This document shows positions 56,792 to 64,000 of a stretch of 64,000 nt of DNA, one piece after another. The notes below the pieces were generated by a model that saw only the letters and a list, made by a program, of their open reading frames with translations, was not told where the DNA came from and did no database searches. The position numbers were made by a program, and so were the translations under genes. Position 1 is the stretch's first letter, and each line of letters starts with the position of its first letter. Source of the DNA: a virus; the IMG/VR virus record IMGVR_UViG_3300025769_010106, positions 1 through 64,000 of that record; one strand, written 5' to 3'.

Positions 56792-58011
56792 GACTTTCTG
56801 CCAGCTCCCATAGCTATAGCAATAGGCGTGTGTGTTTCTAGAAAACTTTCATTTCTGAATTCGTCTGCCTTTTTCATCAACCTTACAAATTTTTCACCAT
56901 CACCAGTTGGACCATTTTTTATAAATTGTATTATTTTTTTTATTTCGTCTCTGTGTTGAGGAGGGAAATGATCCTGAGTTAGCCTATTAATAACTAAGTC
57001 TTTTGCTGCTTTAGTCATCTCACCTATATTCATATGCCTAGGGTCATGTAGCATATTAAAGTGATCGTAATCAAAATTCTGTTTTGAAACCCAGTCACAA
57101 AGATCCTTTAAATAGTAAACGTTTTGAGCGTTTATTGTCATACAAATTTGTAGTTGAATATTATCATTCTGCTCTCTTAAAATTTTAAACTTTTTGATAT
57201 TTTCCTGTACCTGCTCCCAATCAGCACCATATCGTTCAAGTTCAAATCGTTTACCTACGTTATCAATACTAAATGCTATTTCCACATACTTAAATTGTTT
57301 CCAAAGATCTATATGCTGTTCAGGATAGTGTGTGCCATTTGTATTATAATGTATTTCTATATTTTTTGCCAGATCCAGATCAACAGCCCGTTGTAGGAGA
57401 TTGAAGTGTTCCTGAATCATAAATGGTTCTCCGCCAGTAAATTCAAAGTGACGAATATTTGGTAGTATAGTTTCCATATGCTCCCAAAAAATGTCACTTT
57501 CCCTAGGCCATCTTCCTTGCTTTAACCACGTATGTGCAATATTAAATTTAGTATCTGCCTTCCATTCTTTTTTATGATATTCAATTTCTTCTGCTGCCCA
57601 TTTGCTACTACTCCAACTGCCGCATATGCGACATTTAAGGTTACATATGTTACCCAACTTTAAATCTAAAAACCAAATATCTTCAGGTTGAATGTTACTG
57701 TAATCTATTTTTTCACGTTCGTGTTTAAAACGTATGTCTGTATTCATACGCTTACTGGTTCTTCCAGCATCCTCTTCGTCCCAACAACGTTGACATGTTT
57801 TAGGACGCTCACCTTTTAGAAATTGTTCACGTAAATCTTTCATATAGTCACTCTGAAAGATATCTTTTAGTGTATGTTCTTTAAGATCATATTTCTCGCC
57901 ATTTGGCTGGAGAATTTCATCTATAGCCATACAGCATGGACGAGTTGTGCCGAGTGGTGTTGTTTCTAAACTTACCCAGGGCAACATACATAAGGTTTTA
58001 GGGTTTTGCAC
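56782..58011 (-). CDS. Radical SAM enzyme with N-terminal SPASM/twitch-like domain
   Basis: CMLPW..PCC..CQRC; CNLKCRIC; GGEP. Confidence 0.88.
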   Translation of the reverse strand: MQNPKTLCMLPWVSLETTPLGTTRPCCMAIDEILQPNGEKYDLKEHTLKDIFQSDYMKDLREQFLKGERPKTCQRCWDEEDAGRTSKRMNTDIRFKHEREKIDYSNIQPEDIWFLDLKLGNICNLKCRICGSWSSSKWAAEEIEYHKKEWKADTKFNIAHTWLKQGRWPRESDIFWEHMETILPNIRHFEFTGGEPFMIQEHFNLLQRAVDLDLAKNIEIHYNTNGTHYPEQHIDLWKQFKYVEIAFSIDNVGKRFELERYGADWEQVQENIKKFKILREQNDNIQLQICMTINAQNVYYLKDLCDWVSKQNFDYDHFNMLHDPRHMNIGEMTKAAKDLVINRLTQDHFPPQHRDEIKKIIQFIKNGPTGDGEKFVRLMKKADEFRNESFLETHTPIAIAMGAGRKSWL

Positions 58012-59326
58012 GAGCCGGCTCCAGTTCAGGAAAAGTTTTCCAGAAGTCTTCTTTTCTGAAGTTATCTAATTTTGCTACTTCAAATTCAAATCTTTCCCAG
58101 TTTTTTTCATAATTATCCTTAGCATTTAAGAAACTTATTACACCTTCTAAACCAGTTGATGCCCTGTTAAGTGAATCTTGAGGTCTTAACCATTCAATAT
58201 GCTTCCTATATGCAGGTTCAATAACTTCCTTCTTAAACCAAGTTGGGAATATATCTATTCTGTACCAATCAGGACTTTGACATATATTAATATTTAAGTC
58301 TTTAGGTTGTATGAACCCACGCTCTACCCAATCACGATGAAAATCAAGCACATGTAATACATTTTGACTTGTAATAGTTGCACTAATATAGAAGTCTATA
58401 TGTGGAACTTCTTCAATCATTCTCTGTCTGTTTTCTTCTGTTTTTTTCCACACGGCACCCTTGCGTATTAGTTCCCCTTGTTTGCCCATTCCGTCTAGAC
58501 TTGCACCAATACTAACATTATTAAAGTGTTTCCAATACTCTATGACATGTTTGTCTTTATATCTAAGTTCACTAAAGTTAGTGTTATATAGTAAACGTAC
58601 ATTTGTCTTTCCATGCTCGATAAGTTTTTCAAGTAGATAATAATGCTCTTTCATTATAAGCGGTTCGCCGCCTGCAAAATATACTTGTTCTAAGTATGGT
58701 ATATGCTTTTCCATTTGAGCGATCATACCATCTTCATCACCAGTCGTATATTCAACTCTTGCCATATCTCTGCCAAGTACATCTGGTTTGACACCATAGA
58801 GTCCTATATAATCCTCATACCAATTACTACTAAAAATAGGGCCACAACTTCTACATTTAAAATTACAGAGGTTACTAAACCTAACATCCCAGTATCTTAT
58901 TTTAAACTCATCATGGTTACCATCTTGACTTGTTTTATCAAGGTCCTTGATTAAATGACCATAGTTACGATTAGCATCATTACGCATACTGAAGAAACCA
59001 TTTTCTTCTTGTTCATAACATTTACCACATTCAACACAAGTATTTTCTTCCATCATGTTCTTGCGTAATCTTTTATAACCTTCTTGATTCCAAACTTCCT
59101 CCATTGTATTCTTTCTTAGATCACCAACTGGATGCCAGTAATCAGCAAAACAACAGGGATATGCTCTGCCGTCCGGAAACGCATGCATATGTACCCATGG
59201 AAGCATACAGAATCGTTTGCTCTCAATGAGTTTAAATTTTTCGTCTTCAGTTAATTTTTCTAATTCAATGAAGTGTGGTTTACGTTCATCATATTTGAAA
59301 TTTTTGTAAAAGTCCTTGTTAGACAT
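57998..59326 (-). CDS. Radical SAM enzyme with N-terminal SPASM/twitch-like domain
   Basis: CMLPW..PCC..CGKC; CNFKCRSC; GGEP. Confidence 0.88.
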   Translation of the reverse strand: MSNKDFYKNFKYDERKPHFIELEKLTEDEKFKLIESKRFCMLPWVHMHAFPDGRAYPCCFADYWHPVGDLRKNTMEEVWNQEGYKRLRKNMMEENTCVECGKCYEQEENGFFSMRNDANRNYGHLIKDLDKTSQDGNHDEFKIRYWDVRFSNLCNFKCRSCGPIFSSNWYEDYIGLYGVKPDVLGRDMARVEYTTGDEDGMIAQMEKHIPYLEQVYFAGGEPLIMKEHYYLLEKLIEHGKTNVRLLYNTNFSELRYKDKHVIEYWKHFNNVSIGASLDGMGKQGELIRKGAVWKKTEENRQRMIEEVPHIDFYISATITSQNVLHVLDFHRDWVERGFIQPKDLNINICQSPDWYRIDIFPTWFKKEVIEPAYRKHIEWLRPQDSLNRASTGLEGVISFLNAKDNYEKNWERFEFEVAKLDNFRKEDFWKTFPELEPARAKP

Positions 59327-60665
59327 TCTGATACCAATCCTTCAATTCTGGAAATACTGAGATTAAGTCCTTTTTTCTACGCACGTCATACTGACTATAA
59401 AACTTTTTAAAGTCATTGTGTAGTTTAGGCATTTCAAATGCTTCACTGTGCGGTGTTTCTACTGTACGCAAATATGTTACCAGTCGTTCCAACTGTCCTT
59501 GTTCAAACTGGTGCATGGGTGTACTACGGTTAAGAAACTTGGGTGCCCAGCGTTTGTATAGGTCTTCCAATTTATCAGCGTGACGATTGCGTATATCCAA
59601 TGGAAGTACTAGTGCCGACTGGAAACTTGGAAAGCGTAATATATTTAAACTGAATACTGCAAAATTATTCCCTAACAGTCTTCTTGTTTGTAATATTTGC
59701 TCGATTAGGTCTGGTAGTGTCTCCAAGCACAGCGCATTAACTGTCATCATGCAATGTGTGCCAACGCCTGCCTCACTCAATCTGCAAATATTTTCCCACC
59801 AATAGTCCCAATCTAATCCGTCACGTATATATTCTGCAGGCGCCCCTACTGCTTCACAACTGGTGTAAACATCCAAGCTAGGCAAGTAATTACGAGCATC
59901 AATTAGTCTGTCAATTAACTCACCCTTGCCTCCTAAGTTACTATTAATAGCAAGTTTGGTTTGGCTTTTGTCTGCGTTTGCTTTGAACCAATCTATTAAA
60001 CGCCACAAGTCTGCGCTCATTGTTGGCTCACCGCCGGTAACTCGTAGTTCACGTAATGTTTTATGTAAGTCTGTATCCCACCATTTAAAAAATGCTTCTA
60101 CGTAAGGATTTCTATCCTCCACCCCATAAAGCTGGCTACTACTATGAACGTGAGTAAAGTGGTTACGGCCATCACTAACAAGGCCCTTATAACTGCCATT
60201 TGTTTTTAGGTCCTTTACCCATGTGGTGCTAAAAGCAGGATTACAGTAACTACAAGCAAAATTGCAGGTACGATCAAATGCAATTTCGAGTGTACGGAGA
60301 TTGACGTCAATATCATGCGGGCTATTTCGTGCATCTTGTAATTCCTCATCAGTATATATCTTGCTCTTATATACACGGTCACTTATAAAATTAGGACCCA
60401 TATCTTCAATTTTCCAACAATACTCACAGCCGGTTGGACGCTCTCCACACTGCATTTGTCGCCGCTGTTCTTTTTTCTCTGGTGTATTGTGTAACAATTT
60501 TGGATTAGTTTCAACAGCAACAGGATCTACTTTATGTGGTAATGGATGATGGCAACTAGTAGTCATGCCAGATCCTAACCAGATAGTAGCATTATACCAT
60601 TTAGCACCACAAAAGGTCGGACTAAGTTTGTCTAGAACTTCCTGTTTATAAATTAAGTCATCCAT
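59319..60665 (-). CDS. Radical SAM enzyme with N-terminal twitch-like domain (second subfamily)
   Basis: CGAKW..SCHHP..CEYCW; CNFACSYC; GGEP. Confidence 0.88.
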   Translation of the reverse strand: MDDLIYKQEVLDKLSPTFCGAKWYNATIWLGSGMTTSCHHPLPHKVDPVAVETNPKLLHNTPEKKEQRRQMQCGERPTGCEYCWKIEDMGPNFISDRVYKSKIYTDEELQDARNSPHDIDVNLRTLEIAFDRTCNFACSYCNPAFSTTWVKDLKTNGSYKGLVSDGRNHFTHVHSSSQLYGVEDRNPYVEAFFKWWDTDLHKTLRELRVTGGEPTMSADLWRLIDWFKANADKSQTKLAINSNLGGKGELIDRLIDARNYLPSLDVYTSCEAVGAPAEYIRDGLDWDYWWENICRLSEAGVGTHCMMTVNALCLETLPDLIEQILQTRRLLGNNFAVFSLNILRFPSFQSALVLPLDIRNRHADKLEDLYKRWAPKFLNRSTPMHQFEQGQLERLVTYLRTVETPHSEAFEMPKLHNDFKKFYSQYDVRRKKDLISVFPELKDWYQNV

Positions 60666-62025
60666 TTGCTATATACCTACATTCATCCCAAAATTCTCTC
60701 ATCTCAGGAAATGTTTGTTCAAAGTTTGTGCCGCGGCGACGATCATGCTCACTAAAAAATCTATAAAAGTCTGCTCTGCGCGTGTCCACATCACTTACAT
60801 TATCCACACCCTGCATCCAGACTAGATCACGTCTCATCTTTAGTACTTCGTAGTCCTTAAATCCGTGCATCTCATCTAAATTTGATTCCATAAATTTTAT
60901 ACAGTCTTTAAGATATAACTGATATGCCGGAGTTAATATCTGCATACTTTGCCATTCAGGAGTATACAGTAATGGAGTATCAAACCAAATACGCTGATAA
61001 CTTTTGGTATAAGTCTTGCGAAGGTATAAAATATATTCTAGCAGTCTTTTCAAACTAATAATATTAAGATTACTCATAGTAATTATTAGAGTTAAACTAC
61101 TGCGATAGGGAATGTCGCGCACAAATCTTTCTATGCGTGACTTACAAAGTTCAAAGTCAAGTCCATGTCTAATATATTCAGCCTGTGCACCCCAGGTATC
61201 TAAGCTAACAAACTGCATGAAGTGTTCAATCTTTTCACCCTGTGTAAGCTGATGTATATAACCCATATAGTTTTCAAAAATATAATCATCTGTACTAAAG
61301 TTACTAGTAGTGTTTAAATGCAAATCTTTTTTAGGATTATCAAGCACATAATCAAACACACGATAGGTATTTGGATCCATGGTAGGTTCGCCACCAGTCA
61401 TACGAAAATGTTTTAGGTCTTTGTATAGATCAGGCCACCAACGCCAGAATGCTTCACGGTATGGATTGGCATCTTTATTGGGGATTGGTTTGCGTTCACC
61501 AATAAAATGTGCAGGATCATTATGTGGTGTGCTAGTAGGATAAGAACCATACTGCTTGGCTTCGCGTTCCCAGGTACTACTAAACTGTGGGCTACAATAA
61601 CTGCACTTCAAATTGCAAGCGTGATTAAAGTTAACTTCTACATAACTTGGATTTACATCTGCTTGTGGATTTGCTACAATATCAGCAAATGATTCCATAG
61701 CCCAGGGTTCACCACTGCGATAATGACGATCACTGATTGCGTTAGGTTGACTTTCAATATTCCAACAGTAGTTGCATTCAGTACACTTGACACCCTGTAT
61801 CATTTCAGCACGGCGCTCTTTCTTATGTGCAGTATTATGCAGGGCACTTGGATTGTCTGCAAGCGGCTCAACAGGAATGCGATGCAGTGGGGGATGGTAG
61901 CAACTATTGGTATGTCCGGTTGTTAAGTGTAGACTAACCTGTTTCCATTTAGCCAGGCAGAAACTATCGCTCACAGTAGCGAGTTTATACTTTGCTATAT
62001 TAGCATCAAAAAGGTAATCACTCAC
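60658..62025 (-). CDS. Radical SAM enzyme with N-terminal twitch-like domain (second subfamily)
   Basis: CLAKW..SCYHP..CNYCW; CNLKCSYC; GGEP. Confidence 0.88.
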   Translation of the reverse strand: MSDYLFDANIAKYKLATVSDSFCLAKWKQVSLHLTTGHTNSCYHPPLHRIPVEPLADNPSALHNTAHKKERRAEMIQGVKCTECNYCWNIESQPNAISDRHYRSGEPWAMESFADIVANPQADVNPSYVEVNFNHACNLKCSYCSPQFSSTWEREAKQYGSYPTSTPHNDPAHFIGERKPIPNKDANPYREAFWRWWPDLYKDLKHFRMTGGEPTMDPNTYRVFDYVLDNPKKDLHLNTTSNFSTDDYIFENYMGYIHQLTQGEKIEHFMQFVSLDTWGAQAEYIRHGLDFELCKSRIERFVRDIPYRSSLTLIITMSNLNIISLKRLLEYILYLRKTYTKSYQRIWFDTPLLYTPEWQSMQILTPAYQLYLKDCIKFMESNLDEMHGFKDYEVLKMRRDLVWMQGVDNVSDVDTRRADFYRFFSEHDRRRGTNFEQTFPEMREFWDECRYIANG

Positions 62026-62948
62026 CAGCCTTCGGCCTTTCTAATAACTTCTATTTCTGTAGTCATAGGATCGTATGCATGATAGGTTTGACTATAATAG
62101 TGCTTGAAGAATCTACTTTGTTCTGGTGTGTAATCAACGATTGGTAATTCAAGTTTACGTCTTAGTATAGCACCATATTCAGTAAAGTTTTCATCCCCAA
62201 TATCCCATTCTTCTTCCCAAATTCTATCCAAACTAGCAAAGTCTCTAACTTCATGCCAGTCCCAATCAGTACACATTAGTTTATATGTACCGTACCTAGC
62301 ACCATACATTGCCTCAAACCCATATTGTGCGTCAGCACCAACACTGTGCCAAACACAGAGCTTGTCAAAGTTTTTAGCATGTACCTGTTGCTTAAATTCT
62401 TCTACAGTAGGCTTGCGTCCTTTGTTAAGGCACATCTTAACGCCTTCTCTAAAACCAGCACGGAACGCATGTCTAGCACTACCATTAGGATATGTAGTAC
62501 TATAAACATTGTTCATTGCAAGATACTTGTCGTCAAAGCAAAACTCTACTACAGTTTCATCTGTACCGTCAGTTGCTTCATGTGTCTGCATATTATTAAC
62601 AAACTCACGTGTCCAGCAACTAAGTCCACCGTTGCCATACATAAGCCCGTTTATATTATTGCGAGCTTTCCAACGAAACACGCAATCAGCATATTCCTCT
62701 TTTATATCTAATACAAGATTGAAAAACGATTCATCAGGTATGTTGTCACCGTCTATGAGAACAAAGCGTTCTGTTTCACTTACTGCTGCCGCTGCTTTGT
62801 GTGCTGCATCACTTCCTTGCACACCATCCACACGTTTGGCCCAGGGAACCATATTTTGGATTTGAATCCAGAACTCTTCCTTTTTAGGTTCGTCAAATGA
62901 AAGATAGATGCAGTCTAGATCTGCAATATCAATTATTTGTCCAGCCAC
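62022..62948 (-). CDS. GT-A glycosyltransferase-like protein
   Basis: LSFDEP, KRVDGV.G, IDGDN DxD motif, NGLMYGNGG, AGFREGVK. Confidence 0.6.
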   Translation of the reverse strand: MAGQIIDIADLDCIYLSFDEPKKEEFWIQIQNMVPWAKRVDGVQGSDAAHKAAAAVSETERFVLIDGDNIPDESFFNLVLDIKEEYADCVFRWKARNNINGLMYGNGGLSCWTREFVNNMQTHEATDGTDETVVEFCFDDKYLAMNNVYSTTYPNGSARHAFRAGFREGVKMCLNKGRKPTVEEFKQQVHAKNFDKLCVWHSVGADAQYGFEAMYGARYGTYKLMCTDWDWHEVRDFASLDRIWEEEWDIGDENFTEYGAILRRKLELPIVDYTPEQSRFFKHYYSQTYHAYDPMTTEIEVIRKAEGW

Positions 62949-63163
62949 TCGTGCAACCTTGCTACATCTTGGTCACTGTCTATACATACACGAATACCAC
63001 GTGCATACACTGTGCGGTCTAGTTCATAGCTAGAACTAAATGACTGTTCACAAAACAATTTTAGCTCTGTGAATAGTTCTTGATTGTCTCTAAATTGAGC
63101 ATCATAAATTATATCACCTGAATTTGCCACATGTGGTAGAGGAACATATACTTCATTCTGCAT
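62933..63163 (-). CDS. Hypothetical protein
   Basis: In-operon ORF. Confidence 0.55.
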   Translation of the reverse strand: MQNEVYVPLPHVANSGDIIYDAQFRDNQELFTELKLFCEQSFSSSYELDRTVYARGIRVCIDSDQDVARLHEWLDK

Positions 63164-63470
63164 TTTCTATCTCCTTTATACAAAAATATGGATTATTTTT
63201 TAATGTAATTGCTGGTGTGGCTTGCCAGTAAACATGGACGGCTGTATCTATATCAACGATTTTGCCATCCTGAACACGCTGTCTTATAGGATATACCAGT
63301 GTATCCTCTGATATAACGATATAGTCTTCAGTCCAGTGTTCAGCTTTATTTACATGACAATAGTTAATAATTTCACCAGTTTCTTTATTGTAGCGCAAAC
63401 GAACCTCAAGTTCAACCTTAGTGCGATTGCCTAATAATTCAACTATTAATTTTTTTAACTCTGTACTCAT
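63153..63470 (-). CDS. Hypothetical protein
   Basis: In-operon ORF. Confidence 0.6.
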   Translation of the reverse strand: MSTELKKLIVELLGNRTKVELEVRLRYNKETGEIINYCHVNKAEHWTEDYIVISEDTLVYPIRQRVQDGKIVDIDTAVHVYWQATPAITLKNNPYFCIKEIENAE

Positions 63471-64000
63471 ATCTATCTATCAATTCTGGAGTGCAAAATG
63501 TTTTATCGTAATAGTGGAATGGATACTGTTGTGCATATCCGCCTACAATTAAATCAAAATCGTCTGTTAGTGTCCATGATACAGCATCCTGCCAGCGCAT
63601 ACTATTCTTCCAGTTATTAATTGCCGGCTTCATATGTGTAAACGTCGGATAACTTAATTTATTTGAACAAGGTATTCCAAGATTTAACTGTGCTAGCGCA
63701 TAAAGAACATCAGTGTCAGGTTTGTCATAGATACTATACTCAAGAACACTGTCACGCAACTCAGCCCAATGGTGTATCGCCTGCTCAATAGCTCTACAGA
63801 AGCCCACACTAGTCCTACTGTACCTAAAATATGAAAACCCATTATAAGCATCATCAAGCTGATTGGCATCAAAAAACTTCCTGTAGTAACGTGTTTGGGC
63901 AATATTACCCTGGTAATCTCTTACACTATTAGTATAGCACACATCATTTAATCTACAACCGTTCCACCAGTGATCCAAACTGCGAGGAATAATCATGTCA
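63439..64000 (-). CDS. C-terminal part of a glycosyltransferase-like protein, truncated by the window end
   Basis: Frame open to the window edge; DTDV..AL, FTHMKP, PFHY. Confidence 0.5.
   Translation of the reverse strand, partial: DMIIPRSLDHWWNGCRLNDVCYTNSVRDYQGNIAQTRYYRKFFDANQLDDAYNGFSYFRYSRTSVGFCRAIEQAIHHWAELRDSVLEYSIYDKPDTDVLYALAQLNLGIPCSNKLSYPTFTHMKPAINNWKNSMRWQDAVSWTLTDDFDLIVGGYAQQYPFHYYDKTFCTPELIDRYEYRVKKINS

Noticed and set aside
1-64000. Stop-codon reassignment as in some jumbo phages
   Set aside because: Recognisable genes are full length in the standard code, and TAA, TAG and TGA all end genes
1-64000. tRNA or rRNA genes
   Set aside because: No cloverleaf with a T-loop recognised in the few intergenic gaps; tRNAscan was not run
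1-64000. Cellular (bacterial) origin
   Set aside because: T4-type polB, RNase H, late promoters and dense unknown ORFs, with no ribosomal or other cellular core operons, indicate a phage

Overview
A gene-dense 64 kb segment of a large T4-related (jumbo-type) dsDNA phage, standard genetic code. No tRNA, rRNA, CRISPR array or transposase was recognised. Layout: (i) ~0.2-10.5 kb, late genes behind TATAAATA-type promoters. These include basic modular proteins punctuated by (L/I/V)xE prohead-protease-like sites, among them an ~865-aa nucleotidyltransferase plus putative ADP-ribosyltransferase polyprotein. (ii) A TolQ/ExbB-like membrane trio, a DsbA/GapR-like protein, family B DNA polymerase and a probable sliding clamp. 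(iii) ~17.9-35.6 kb, a 7-deazaguanine DNA-modification region (TGT/DpdA-like, DpdL-like T-fold, FolE, YhhQ, QueD, QueE; no QueC in the window). It is interleaved with glycosyltransferase, nucleotide-sugar, PurT, PRTase and 2OG-oxygenase genes and a lipoprotein subtilase with a beta-barrel-like tail. (iv) RNase H, a GC-richer early region with repeated promoter cassettes, a MoxR-type AAA+ and VWA pair, and ThyX. (v) A minus-strand tailoring island with five tandem radical SAM enzymes, a carbamoyltransferase, SufT, SGNH-like and glycosyltransferase-like genes. Most notable: a preQ1-I-like pseudoknot with a competing anti-SD hairpin in the queD leader, a QueC-independent and possibly further decorated deazaguanine pathway, and the putative capsid-packaged polyprotein system. 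All calls come from motif reading by eye; no searches were run.
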